Shown here piece after piece: positions 44,572 through 54,352 of a stretch of 64,000 bases of DNA. Each line of letters begins with the position of its first letter. The first letter of the stretch is position 1. The notes under the pieces were generated by a model. It did no database searches. It worked only from the letters and a program-made list of their open reading frames with translations, and was not told the origin of the DNA. Location of the stretch: the IMG/VR virus record IMGVR_UViG_3300009104_000002, positions 64,001 to 128,000 of that record; one strand, 5' to 3'. The position numbers were made by a program, and so were the translations under genes. Source of the stretch: a virus.

Positions 44572-45426
44572 TTAGCTGAAATTCAAACTAGCAGCGATAT
44601 AATATTTTACTCCGTCATAAAAAATGGATAACATATCTTCTGCGGTGGCGGCTGTAGACAGAGTAATGGCTGTCCCTCCGGCTTTTTTGAAATCTGCCCC
44701 CAAGGTGAGTGTTCTTCCGCCGGTTGAGTCCTGCTTAATTTTAAGCATATATGTTCCCGGTGCAACATTAGTAACAGAGTTGAGTGTTAAATTTCCCGTT
44801 GCAACGAGTGAGGCGCAGTTGCCCAATTGTGCATCCCACGAAATGGCCCCGGAGACATTTCCCAAACTTTGGTGTTTTGTCATACCCAGAACATTGTCCG
44901 ACAAAGAAACCTCAATAGAATTACCAGAACCAGCTTGGGCAATAGCCATCTCACCCCCAGACTTAGCTGAAATTCTTTTAAAAGTCATCGCTCCGGATGC
45001 AACGGATCCCAGTACGGATTCACCTTCTGACGTGCCTCCCAGGCTAGTAATATTAGTAATTGCCTCTGAAGTGTCACCTGTCACAATTCCCGATGAAGAT
45101 TGAGCTTTTACCAAGGTAGAGGATGCTGCCGTAGAAGTCAGGGATACCCTATCATATGTCGTGACATTTAATGTGCCCTTGATTTTTAATTCGGTACCGC
45201 CTACGACGGTATCCAAATCTGATTGCGGGCCAACATATCCAATAACCTCCCAGAGACCATCGGAAATTTTTCTTCCGTAAACTTTCACCATGACACGGCT
45301 CAAGATAGCCAATTCGCTCTCTCCAGACGCATCAATGTTCGCAGCATAATTTTCGAGCGTGTGATCCACACTGCCGTCAACCTGCGCTATTAAACTGTTG
45401 GGTCCTAACCCTAAAACTTGTGCCAT
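44572..45426 (-). CDS. fibre-associated adaptor protein
   Basis: C-terminus GTYMLKIKQDSTGGRTLTL...ITLSTAATAEDMLSIFYDG, a domain that commonly precedes lectin genes in phages. Confidence 0.55.
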   Translation of the reverse strand: MAQVLGLGPNSLIAQVDGSVDHTLENYAANIDASGESELAILSRVMVKVYGRKISDGLWEVIGYVGPQSDLDTVVGGTELKIKGTLNVTTYDRVSLTSTAASSTLVKAQSSSGIVTGDTSEAITNITSLGGTSEGESVLGSVASGAMTFKRISAKSGGEMAIAQAGSGNSIEVSLSDNVLGMTKHQSLGNVSGAISWDAQLGNCASLVATGNLTLNSVTNVAPGTYMLKIKQDSTGGRTLTLGADFKKAGGTAITLSTAATAEDMLSIFYDGVKYYIAASLNFS

Positions 45427-45467
45427 TCTCTTACCTCCTGGTGCTTTTTTATTTGCACATTTTCATT

Positions 45468-45475
45468 ATAAATAG
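45468..45475 (-). promoter_or_regulatory. putative late promoter motif CTATTTAT
   Basis: Upstream of the fibre adaptor/LamG genes. Confidence 0.5.
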
Positions 45476-45509
45476 GCTCCACTGGAGCCAAACGATGTAA
45501 AAGTTTTAT

Positions 45510-46355
45510 TTAAACTAGCGTTAAAATCTCCAAGATTAATCGCGTGTCGGCGGGGATTTCAAAGTTTGTAAATATGTCGCCACAATGAATATAAAATTCG
45601 CCAGTAAGACTACTATCTGTCAATAATTGTCTCAAGCCATCATCATAGATTGCTGTCTTTTCCAAAATTATAGTCTCTGTGACTCCAAGCAACGACTTTA
45701 CAGATGAGCCGGCAGGTATTGTTGCATAAGTTTCCGGAGTGGTATAAACAACCCTAACAACATTTCCCGATATGGGGGATGATGGTGAAGATGGCGAAGA
45801 TGGCGACGATGTTGTGGTGGTGTCAGATGTTGTGGCCACCAAGGAGGCCTGGACATCCTCCGGTAAAACACTCAGATTAATTAAACCTCTCCTTGTCCTT
45901 ATACACTTTGCCTCAATTTGAAATAGGTGATTAACTTGTCCGAAAAGCTGCCTGTCTTCCAAAAGCGAGACGATTTCGAAAAAAGATGAGCCATATTGTA
46001 TATAATCTCCCTCCCTAACATATAAATTTTGATCCTCAAAGAGTCTACGTTCATGAAATCTAACAATTATAGAGTATGTTTTATCTAATCCAAAATTATC
46101 TGTTGTTGTGTTGATCCCCTCAAATTCAACCAAAGCATATACTCTAACTGGTGGTAAGAAGCATTTCTCTATTGCCTCGCCATAAAGTGGGTGGAAATTT
46201 GTCCTTTCCATTGATATTGGCAAGTAAGTAATCGCCTGACCCTCCACTCTCTCCAACAATTCATCATTGACCTGCTTTACTAAGTCTCGCTCTTTTTGTC
46301 CGAAAAATAACGGAGGTGGTGGGTTCGATGGTTTTGTCCATTTATTATCTGCCAT
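45510..46355 (-). CDS. neck protein gp14-like, copy B with C-terminal extension
   Basis: PPPLF...ERDLVKQVNDEL.E...HPLYGEA...VREGDYIQYG..FFEIV; Ser/Pro linker followed by an extra domain. Confidence 0.75.
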   Translation of the reverse strand: MADNKWTKPSNPPPPLFFGQKERDLVKQVNDELLERVEGQAITYLPISMERTNFHPLYGEAIEKCFLPPVRVYALVEFEGINTTTDNFGLDKTYSIIVRFHERRLFEDQNLYVREGDYIQYGSSFFEIVSLLEDRQLFGQVNHLFQIEAKCIRTRRGLINLSVLPEDVQASLVATTSDTTTTSSPSSPSSPSSPISGNVVRVVYTTPETYATIPAGSSVKSLLGVTETIILEKTAIYDDGLRQLLTDSSLTGEFYIHCGDIFTNFEIPADTRLILEILTLV

Positions 46356-46368
46356 TAATATTTTTTCC

Positions 46369-46872
46369 CTATTTAGAATCCAAGACTTTCAAGTCTATTA
46401 ATCCCTTTCTAGCGTGTATACATTTTGCGATTATTTGAAATTTATGTTCAATTTGTCCGAATAATTGTCTATTATCTTCTAAGCTTACGATCTCAAATAG
46501 AGTATCTCCATATAAAACAAAGTCCCCCTCTCTCACATATGTATCTTGATCTTCTTGCAGTCGTCTTTGGTGAAAATTAATTGTTATAGTGTGTTCCTTA
46601 TCTAAACCATAATTTTCAGTTTTTGTTTTTATTCCCCCGAACTCAACTAACGCATATACCCTTATTGGCGGTAAAAAGCTTTTTTGTACAGCCTCGCCAT
46701 AAAGTGGGTGAAAGTTTGTTCTCTCGACAGATACTGGTATATAGAGAATACTCTGACCAATGACCCTTTCCAGCAATTCATCATTGACTTGCTTTACTAA
46801 GTCTCGCTCTTTTTCGCCAAGAAATAGGGGGGGAGGCGGATTTGATGGTTTTGTCCATTTATTATCTGCCAT
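46369..46872 (-). CDS. neck protein gp14-like, copy A
   Basis: Same N-terminus MADNKWTKPSNPPPPLF as its neighbour. Confidence 0.78.
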   Translation of the reverse strand: MADNKWTKPSNPPPPLFLGEKERDLVKQVNDELLERVIGQSILYIPVSVERTNFHPLYGEAVQKSFLPPIRVYALVEFGGIKTKTENYGLDKEHTITINFHQRRLQEDQDTYVREGDFVLYGDTLFEIVSLEDNRQLFGQIEHKFQIIAKCIHARKGLIDLKVLDSK

Positions 46873-46875
46873 GGC

Positions 46876-47742
46876 TTAATATTCCTTTTTATCTCCGAAA
46901 ATCACTCTCTCGCGGGTGAATCTCAATTCTGCTGCCGACTCGCGAATTGTAATTTTTGGCTGTGGATCATTTTTATCTGAACCTATTATATATCCGAGGA
47001 CTTTTAAATTTATTGTTGTTATAAATTTCCTCTCTTCTTCTTGTAAATTTGATATATTATTATCTAAGGAAAATTGTCCCTCAATAAATCCCTCAAATCT
47101 ATGCCCGTCCCTATTTATAAAAAAATTATTTATTTGGCCAGTAGATGCTACAAATGGTGCAAATATTTCATTCATCTGCTGTTGATATTCCGTATTGATG
47201 GTAACTTTGTAATTTGCAACAACGTAGGTTGGGATTGGTATTGTCATTATTTCATAAACAATTTTTTTATTTTCAAATGGGTAGGTTTGTTGATTAAATC
47301 TGCGTCGGGAGTCTGCGTTCGCAAAATTGGATGTTTTCTCCTGCTGTATGCGCCTAGCAATTGTTATTGTACCCCCCTTAGCATCATTTTGGCGCGGAAT
47401 GTGTGACCAAGCAACCCCCCTCATATTGGGGTCTTTTATTAAAGATTCTCGCTCGATACTCATCACGGGCAGAGTAAAAATATTATCTTTATTTCTCAGT
47501 TCCTTATTATCTTTAATTTGATATGATCTTTCAGCCATTGACCAAATTATTGGAACTTTTCTCCAGCCCTCGTTTGTTGAACAAAAGATATTTAATTTTT
47601 CATTCACCCAGTCATAAAGAGCATAGTCTATTGTCTCAATGGTGGAGGGCATAAAGGAAATCTCTTTCAGGGCTGGGGACGCCTCACCCTTCGTTGGATA
47701 ATATGGCCTATAATCATCATATTTTTCTTTTTTGCTACTCAT
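46876..47742 (-). CDS. tail terminator/sheath stabiliser gp15-like
   Basis: TIETIDYALYDW...VPIIW...LPVMSIER...PTYVVANYKVTINTEYQQQMNEI; synteny. Confidence 0.65.
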   Translation of the reverse strand: MSSKKEKYDDYRPYYPTKGEASPALKEISFMPSTIETIDYALYDWVNEKLNIFCSTNEGWRKVPIIWSMAERSYQIKDNKELRNKDNIFTLPVMSIERESLIKDPNMRGVAWSHIPRQNDAKGGTITIARRIQQEKTSNFANADSRRRFNQQTYPFENKKIVYEIMTIPIPTYVVANYKVTINTEYQQQMNEIFAPFVASTGQINNFFINRDGHRFEGFIEGQFSLDNNISNLQEEERKFITTINLKVLGYIIGSDKNDPQPKITIRESAAELRFTRERVIFGDKKEY

Positions 47743-47748
47743 AATATT

Positions 47749-49017
47749 TTATCCCTGAAAAATTAACATCGGTACTAATTTTTGTATGTTCTCGACAGCC
47801 TGCGCCTTTTCGGCGTCTGATTTGGCGATTTCTGAATATGTCAACTGATCAAGTATTTCTTTCAATTCTGTTCTCAATGCCTCTTGTTCTGTTTGGGCCT
47901 GACTCAACAATTCCGATGCATTTAGGGTTACTGATTCTCCAGGAATCGGTATTGTCTGGAATTTTCCCCTAATTTGACCAAGAGTCTCTTTTGATAATGC
48001 TAATGCAAATCTTCGAATCCACTGTTTTCCTATTGAATTAATATTATTATATGGAATATTGTCAAATGGAATTGTATTCATATTATTAATTCCATCGGTT
48101 CCATTATCAAAATCCTCATTATTCTCCCACGGTGCTGGAATTACAGAGAACTCCACCCACATAAAGCGGTAAGAACTCAATAACTGTGGTTCTGGGAAAA
48201 TCCTTAATTTATTATTTTTTAATTCGTATGAATAATGAGACAACCTTGTCCATAAATGGTCTTCGTAAGCTTTTGCTTGCAATTTATTTTGCCAGACAGG
48301 AATCACCTCAAAAGATGAATCATCTGTATATTGGCCATAATACAACAAGTTTCCAACAACATTGAGACCACCATAATAACCAAAAAATCTCCACATTGCG
48401 GAGGGAGTTTTATAAAAAACCTTCTTTACCAAGACCCTCTTATCTCCAATAATCCCAGCAAATGCTGCGGGATCTCCATTTGGTTGTGTTCCGGTTGCCG
48501 AAGATCCTGAAATAATTGCTTGCAAATCGTAATCTTGCTGCCCCTCTTTTAACTCGAATGAAGCAGAATAAATTGGAATTGTTCCACCAATATTTGCCTC
48601 GAAAGAGAAGCCGTCCGAAACCCTTCTTGCGTATTCGAACATGACGCGAGGAAATTTTAAATTGACGTTTTCGGGGCCCGTTTTTCTTTCCCCTTCATGA
48701 TCGAATGTTCCCGTGGTTTGCCCCAGAACGTCCGATAAGATATTTTTTGATTGATGAAGGTTTACTAAATAACTATATTCTAATACTGCCTCTTGATAAT
48801 TCGCGTAAACATTTTCTGCTTTTAATTCTATATCTAAAACATCGCCGCCCAGCTTTCTATATGTGTACGAAACCTGCTCTGCCGCTCCCGATAAAAAATC
48901 CGTTGAATCACTATAAACACTCAGCGGCAGGCTATCTGCGACCTCTAATATACTGCCAGTTGATGGCAAAATTGATTTGCTTGACTGACTAGCTGGGGTT
49001 AGGGTGGGTAGTGCCAT
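47749..49017 (-). CDS. neck protein gp13-like
   Basis: YRKLGGDVLDIEL...WIRRFALALSKETLGQIRGKF..IP.PG...LN...L. Confidence 0.8.
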   Translation of the reverse strand: MALPTLTPASQSSKSILPSTGSILEVADSLPLSVYSDSTDFLSGAAEQVSYTYRKLGGDVLDIELKAENVYANYQEAVLEYSYLVNLHQSKNILSDVLGQTTGTFDHEGERKTGPENVNLKFPRVMFEYARRVSDGFSFEANIGGTIPIYSASFELKEGQQDYDLQAIISGSSATGTQPNGDPAAFAGIIGDKRVLVKKVFYKTPSAMWRFFGYYGGLNVVGNLLYYGQYTDDSSFEVIPVWQNKLQAKAYEDHLWTRLSHYSYELKNNKLRIFPEPQLLSSYRFMWVEFSVIPAPWENNEDFDNGTDGINNMNTIPFDNIPYNNINSIGKQWIRRFALALSKETLGQIRGKFQTIPIPGESVTLNASELLSQAQTEQEALRTELKEILDQLTYSEIAKSDAEKAQAVENIQKLVPMLIFQG

Positions 49018-49056
49018 AATATAAGTTCTCCTGCTTTAAGTAGTTTTCACAAACAC

Positions 49057-49084
49057 AAAACCCCTCCACAAATTTGTGGAGGGG
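49057..49084 (-). terminator. intrinsic terminator after the major capsid gene
   Basis: CCCCTCCAC-aaattt-GTGGAGGGG followed by TTTTG. Confidence 0.8.
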
Positions 49085-49114
49085 CATCATTTAACTTTAA
49101 TAGGAGGTTAAATT

Positions 49115-50842
49115 TTAGATAAGATCCTGGACAATAACCAATCCGTACATATCTGGTCGTACCATCTTCTTGGCATAACGAGTCATGACGCCTTTACGCG
49201 GCACGAAATCCTCTGTACCAAAAATGGTAGGAGTCATCTGGAGAGGCACATACGGTGCGTATACATATCCGCTTTCGAGGAAAGAAGAACCTTTACGTCC
49301 TGCGAGAACAACGTTCCGAGGGAAGTAAGGATCGACGTAAACGTCAAACTTCTTACTCAAAGAGCCGACTTTAACAGCACCAACCTGACCACGATCATCA
49401 TCGTGAGTCACAGCTCCACGGAATCCAGCGGTGAACTCAAGAAGATTTGCAACTTCTGGTGAACACACCAAAAAGTTTGCGCCTCCACGGAGAGTCTTGC
49501 GGTGAATTTGAGCCGAGACATCATTAATGGTCTCAATCAAGGTTTCATACCATTCGCTGACATTGCCGGTGAAGTCTGGGAATCCAGCTGTAGGATCCAA
49601 TGGAACTCCAGTTCCACGGTTCACAAACTTACCAGGAAGTCTAGACCAGAACAAGGTTTCAGCGGTTGCACCCTTTACGAGATCTTCCAAGATTTCTTGG
49701 TCGATTTCAAGAGCGATGTGCTCTGAAAGAACGCTTGTCAACTCAACTTCGGCATCCAAGTTATGGTATGCATTCAAATCTTGAGCCAATTCTGGCGTCC
49801 ACTTAGCCTTGAGCTTCTTGGTTTTAGCCGTAACAGAAACCGAGTCAACCTTGATATCGATTTCAGGAATCTGACTTTCATTCTCAAGTCCCCAGGTATC
49901 TAGGCCGACGACAGAGCCGAGAGCGCCGCCCTGGTTCATGTTATCATCGATGACGAAAGTTGCGTCATCATCAGCAACAAGCGTGCCAGAAAGAGCAATG
50001 GTATCGGTACCATCCGCAACAACAAGCAAGATATTTCCTGCAGTATTTGGATCGTCTCGGGTCAGGCGACGAACTTGAGTTGTATCAACAACTCCGCCGT
50101 CCTCAAGGGTAATAGTGACATAATCCTTGATATTGAACTGATCTGCAGTAAGAGTGCTCAGCGGAACAGAAACAACTGCTGCGGCTGTTCCAGAAGCAAT
50201 ATCCGGATCAAAACGCACCAAACGATCTCCAAGGGCCGCGAGAGCTGCACCAGCAGGTCCTGTACCAGACCAAGCGCTAGCATCTGATGGTCCGCCAACA
50301 GTGCCGGAAGCCATAGATAGGCCGGTAAGGGTAAGTCCACCAGTTACGGAACCAGTAGGGCTTGAGTAGCCGTTATTCAAGGAATAATAGCTTTGCTCTG
50401 CAAGGTCGCCAGCGAGCGATACGCCGCCGGTGATTTGCTGACCAACAACGCCACCACCATGAATAGAATCTCCACGTCGATAATCAAGGCGTCCAGCCAG
50501 TGGGCCGCCATAAGTAAAGTCGAGGAAGAAAATGAGTCCCGCTGGGAGGCTCATAGGTTGGACCGAAACGAGATCGTTTGCGATCAGTCCGCCAAAAACT
50601 CGGCGAACAATTGGAAATGCGACAGATGCGAAACCTTCCACATCACCGCCTGCCATTGAAGATGCTTCGCGAAGAAGCTCTTTGGCTTGATTTTCTAAAA
50701 GGCTTGCCATACCGTGCTTTCTGCGTTCATCAGAAAGCCCCTCTAAAAGACCAGTTTGTTCCCACTTGTCAACAAGTGCTGCACCTTCCTTAGAGAGATC
50801 ACGACGGACAATACCTTCGGTTAATTTATTTAAAATAGACAT
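49115..50842 (-). CDS. major capsid protein (T4 gp23-like)
   Basis: LENQA...VQPMSLPAGLIFFLDF...VTAKTKKLKAKWTPELAQDL...DAEVEL...YAPYVPL...GVMTRY. Confidence 0.95.
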   Translation of the reverse strand: MSILNKLTEGIVRRDLSKEGAALVDKWEQTGLLEGLSDERRKHGMASLLENQAKELLREASSMAGGDVEGFASVAFPIVRRVFGGLIANDLVSVQPMSLPAGLIFFLDFTYGGPLAGRLDYRRGDSIHGGGVVGQQITGGVSLAGDLAEQSYYSLNNGYSSPTGSVTGGLTLTGLSMASGTVGGPSDASAWSGTGPAGAALAALGDRLVRFDPDIASGTAAAVVSVPLSTLTADQFNIKDYVTITLEDGGVVDTTQVRRLTRDDPNTAGNILLVVADGTDTIALSGTLVADDDATFVIDDNMNQGGALGSVVGLDTWGLENESQIPEIDIKVDSVSVTAKTKKLKAKWTPELAQDLNAYHNLDAEVELTSVLSEHIALEIDQEILEDLVKGATAETLFWSRLPGKFVNRGTGVPLDPTAGFPDFTGNVSEWYETLIETINDVSAQIHRKTLRGGANFLVCSPEVANLLEFTAGFRGAVTHDDDRGQVGAVKVGSLSKKFDVYVDPYFPRNVVLAGRKGSSFLESGYVYAPYVPLQMTPTIFGTEDFVPRKGVMTRYAKKMVRPDMYGLVIVQDLI

Positions 50843-50858
50843 ATTTTCAAAATCTCCT

Positions 50859-51872
50859 TTATGGTTGTCTGTTTTTCTTTATTCCAGCTAAAATCTGCAT
50901 CCGATCCACCGCAGGTGTATCTTTGCTTCTTTTTGCTTTTCTAGGTAAAGTGGCAGAGGGTTTTTCGATGGTCTCGCGTAGTGATTGTGGTTGTGCTTTA
51001 CCTGTTACACTTCCCACTGCGCCCTTAAGAGTTTCAAATATTACCTTTGCTTCTTCGATTGAATCAGATTTTGACAGAGTATCGACAATTTTAGATTTTT
51101 GTCGCTCATTCAAGGAGGTGTCTGTTAAAATCCTATTCGTATAAATTAATCTCGCGTTAGAGAGATTAACCTTTTCAATGTTTTCTTTAAATGTTTTCAA
51201 CGCCATTATCATTTTGGCGTTTTTTTCTTTGAGAGTTTTATTTTCTTCCGAAAGTCTTTCGCCAGCATCAATCAACGCTTTTACTTGCTCTTTTGCTTGC
51301 GTTGCCGATCTTCTAGCTAGCTCCATCTCTTCTTTATAGTTCATAATATCTTCTGGAGTTCCTGCCCACCCTTCTTTTTCCGGATGGATATCTACGACTA
51401 GTTCTTCCAAAATTTCATCTAAATCTGCCATATCTAAATCAATTTCTTCCTCTAGTGTCGCGTCGACGGAAACAGAAGAAATTTCATCTTCCTCGGAACG
51501 AGACGGCATATCAGTCGAGACATTGTCAACAACATCCTCATGGGAAGATGCATCACCGACAAGCTCTTCATCCATTTCAGCTAGGGCCTCTGACATTTCT
51601 TTTAGCTCTTCCATACTTAGGACAATTTCACTGTCCGATGCAGTTTCGTCTGCAGAGCCGGCAAGAGGAATATTGTCCTCAAGAGAAGAAGAAATAGATG
51701 CAGATGTATCTTCTCCAGAAATATCAAATTCCTCCTCTTGTTCCAAGAGGTTTTCCACAGCTTCTTTAATGTCCGTAGAATACTTGCTTAAAATTGCAGA
51801 TTCTGCGTTCTTTATGGCAGCCTCTTTTAAGGCCGAGGCATCAACTATTGCTTGTTCCAATAATGAAGACAT
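50859..51872 (-). CDS. prohead core scaffolding protein (gp22-like)
   Basis: Acidic coiled coil directly upstream of the MCP gene; LLEQAIVDA..LKEAA; NLSNARLIY.N. Confidence 0.75.
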   Translation of the reverse strand: MSSLLEQAIVDASALKEAAIKNAESAILSKYSTDIKEAVENLLEQEEEFDISGEDTSASISSSLEDNIPLAGSADETASDSEIVLSMEELKEMSEALAEMDEELVGDASSHEDVVDNVSTDMPSRSEEDEISSVSVDATLEEEIDLDMADLDEILEELVVDIHPEKEGWAGTPEDIMNYKEEMELARRSATQAKEQVKALIDAGERLSEENKTLKEKNAKMIMALKTFKENIEKVNLSNARLIYTNRILTDTSLNERQKSKIVDTLSKSDSIEEAKVIFETLKGAVGSVTGKAQPQSLRETIEKPSATLPRKAKRSKDTPAVDRMQILAGIKKNRQP

Positions 51873-51902
51873 TTATATTCTCCCTTTATAAAAATACTCA
51901 AA

Positions 51903-51911
51903 ATAAATAGT
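51903..51911 (-). promoter_or_regulatory. putative late promoter motif ACTATTTAT
   Basis: Upstream of the scaffold/MCP genes. Confidence 0.55.
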
Positions 51912-51973
51912 TATTCAATTTATAAAAAGACATATTTTTATAAAGAGCAAAAATGTATTTAAAAATTTATTAT

Positions 51974-52381
51974 TTAATCTGTTAATCCTGCGCCAGTTAG
52001 GGCAAACATTTCCGTTGATCGTATGCCCGTTAAATCCGCTACCAACTCGAATGAACCGTCCGTTCCAGCGGTGTCCAAAGAAATATAAATCTCCTTACAT
52101 TTACTGTTTAGGGTGATATTATCTCCCTTATTTGACAGGGTAAAATAGTGATGACCACTAATAACACTAGCGGTCGCTGATGAATTAAAGTGTACTCGGA
52201 TTGCTATACTTCCAGAGGTGTTTGAAATAAGAATGTTTTTTGTCACATTTGGAAATTCTACTTTAATTTCCCCGTTGTTTGGTCCTGCGCCATCCAAAAC
52301 CGATCCTGTCAAGTATGGAGTTCCACCAACTTGATAGGAACCGACATTTTGTAGCCCAGCCTTATATTGATAAATTGACAT
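51974..52381 (-). CDS. hypothetical virion-associated protein (135 aa)
   Basis: beta-rich ORF in the head module with a late-type motif upstream. Confidence 0.6.
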   Translation of the reverse strand: MSIYQYKAGLQNVGSYQVGGTPYLTGSVLDGAGPNNGEIKVEFPNVTKNILISNTSGSIAIRVHFNSSATASVISGHHYFTLSNKGDNITLNSKCKEIYISLDTAGTDGSFELVADLTGIRSTEMFALTGAGLTD

Positions 52382-52402
52382 TTATTGAACTCCTTGCATC
52401 TT

Positions 52403-52411
52403 ATAATTAGT
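52403..52411 (-). promoter_or_regulatory. putative late promoter motif ACTAATTAT
   Basis: Upstream of the 135-aa gene. Confidence 0.5.
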
Positions 52412-52432
52412 TTAAAGTTTTACAAACCTTAC

Positions 52433-52714
52433 TTATCTTTTATTTCTTTTTTTATTTTTCTTTTTGGCTTCTGCCAAAGTGGGGCCGGCCTCCCTCTTCT
52501 TTTCTTCTTCTAAAAGTTTTTGTAAAACCCTAACTCTCTTCTTTGCGGCCTTTCTTTTTTTTGTGGATGGCTTCTCATAATATATATTTTCACGAACTTT
52601 TTCCATGATTTTATTTTTTTTACATTTTCTTATAAATCTTTTAATCATTCTTTGCTGTGTATCGTTCCTGCCGCGCGGCCTTACTGACACATTTACTGGG
52701 TGTTTTTTTGACAT
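52433..52714 (-). CDS. rpsU: ribosomal protein bS21 homologue
   Basis: VSVRPRGRNDTQQRMIKRFIRKCKKNKIMEKVRENIYYEKPSTKKRK matches the bS21 pattern (ALxRFKRK...E.R....YEKPS..R.R). Confidence 0.85.
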   Translation of the reverse strand: MSKKHPVNVSVRPRGRNDTQQRMIKRFIRKCKKNKIMEKVRENIYYEKPSTKKRKAAKKRVRVLQKLLEEEKKREAGPTLAEAKKKNKKRNKR

Positions 52715-52724
52715 TTTATCTCCG

Positions 52725-53315
52725 TTACAAATCTAAATAGGGTTGAGCAGCATTTTTTGCCGATGTTTCATCATTTGCGGCTAAAACAGCACTAATATAG
52801 GCTTGTGCTAATGCCCTTTCTGTGAAAACTGCTGCTGAAACCGTTCCCATAATAGCCGATAAGTCGGCACTATCAACAATGGCATAAGTCCCTCGCTCAT
52901 CGTTTGTTGTCACCTCAAATGGATAAGTAACCAAACCTCTCGAATCAAGGCTTGATAATTTTGACCAGTTGTCTTGACTCTTGGTTGAGCAAGAAAAATA
53001 ATTTCCACTTGATGGCGGGTATTCCGCAAGAACATCATTTTCAAGCCTATCGTTATCTCGTTTGTTCTTTATTTGATCAACCAGATTATCTTGATATGCT
53101 GGCAAACCAGAGTGGGCTGCGACGACAGCATCACACTGAGACTGTTCGGCTACGCTTGGGGTGGCTACAAAAAGAAGAGCAAAGTTGTCTCCACTTGTAT
53201 TCACGCCCTCAAAATCTGTAGTTATAAGTGGGTCGGCAACAATCTGTTGGCCCAAGGATACCGGATCTAGGGTCCCATCGGATGTATCCGCTGTTGTGTA
53301 ATTAGGAAATGACAT
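52725..53315 (-). CDS. DUF4376-like fibre-associated protein
   Basis: QIKNKRD..RLE.....FSCSTKSQDNW...WxTxD-like segment (VTTNDERG). Confidence 0.5.
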   Translation of the reverse strand: MSFPNYTTADTSDGTLDPVSLGQQIVADPLITTDFEGVNTSGDNFALLFVATPSVAEQSQCDAVVAAHSGLPAYQDNLVDQIKNKRDNDRLENDVLAEYPPSSGNYFSCSTKSQDNWSKLSSLDSRGLVTYPFEVTTNDERGTYAIVDSADLSAIMGTVSAAVFTERALAQAYISAVLAANDETSAKNAAQPYLDL

Positions 53316-54352
53316 TAACTAACCCTCCAAATCTCAATTCTTGCATCTTGAATTCCTGCTGTATTTCCACCTTGCTGTCTCCACTGAATCTCAAAAGACT
53401 TGGCGGCTCCAGAAAATACAACTTCGGCGAATCCGCCGACCGCTATCCTATTGGACGAATCTTTAGGCTCTTGAACTTGAAGGACTCCGACAACGGCAGC
53501 ATCGGTTGTATTATATAATTGAACCCAGCACTTATCCTGAGCATTGCTTTGGTCAACGACGGCGTGCCACCCAACTCGGTATGTTCCAGTCAACGACGGT
53601 GTCGTTAAGGTGACTTTTGTTTGAAATGTGGTTGAGGTAGTGGTATCTCTTGCGACAGAGATTGCTGTTTGGTAATCTTGTCCAAAAGTTCCGCCAGCAG
53701 ACCCATTAGAGGCCGCAGTCAATCTACCTTGGGCATCAACAGTAATATCAGCCGAAGTATACGATCCTGCGGAGACAGCCGTGGTAGATAAGCTGGGGTT
53801 TGGATATGTTCCCGTAAGATCGCCACCTGCGCTTCCGTTTGGTGGGCGACTGGCCGAAGAATCGTCTAAAGTTGCATCGGAGATTGCCGTATTTAGCTCG
53901 GCCAAAGTTCCGGCGCCAAGGTTTCCAACGTCTGTTGCGTGAGGATTTGCTGTGTCTGATGGATGCGAGCCAATAGTTGCTGCTACTGTTCCACCAACGG
54001 TCGCGACACTTGGATTCGGGTATGTTCCAGAAAGATCTCCGGCGGCGGCAGAGCCAGAAATTATAACATCTGGAAGTTCCGCGCTCTCTTCTGGAGTTGG
54101 CATGTTTGCCCATGAATAATCTGTGTCTACAATCTTGACAAATCCGGTTTGAGGGGAAGTCAAAGTAATTGTTAGGGAGTTTCTCGGATCTCCCGAGTCT
54201 AACTGAATAGAGGAAATGAGTTCCGAACTGTCTGCTGATCCGTCAATAGTGACTATAACACCCATCTGATATCTATCAAGAGAGTGATTAACCGTGATTG
54301 TATCAGTTGCTGCGAATTCTTGAGAAAATAGTAATTTGAAATTTCCAGCCAT
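53315..54352 (-). CDS. fibre-like structural protein
   Basis: N-terminal TITVNHSL domain; two GDL(S/T)GTYPNPS repeats; YTSADITVDAQGRLTAASNG; beta-sandwich C-terminus. Confidence 0.6.
   Translation of the reverse strand: MAGNFKLLFSQEFAATDTITVNHSLDRYQMGVIVTIDGSADSSELISSIQLDSGDPRNSLTITLTSPQTGFVKIVDTDYSWANMPTPEESAELPDVIISGSAAAGDLSGTYPNPSVATVGGTVAATIGSHPSDTANPHATDVGNLGAGTLAELNTAISDATLDDSSASRPPNGSAGGDLTGTYPNPSLSTTAVSAGSYTSADITVDAQGRLTAASNGSAGGTFGQDYQTAISVARDTTTSTTFQTKVTLTTPSLTGTYRVGWHAVVDQSNAQDKCWVQLYNTTDAAVVGVLQVQEPKDSSNRIAVGGFAEVVFSGAAKSFEIQWRQQGGNTAGIQDARIEIWRVS

Noticed and set aside
45770-45830. Short tandem GATGGYGAA repeats
   Set aside because: They encode a Ser/Pro linker within a gene and have no independent significance
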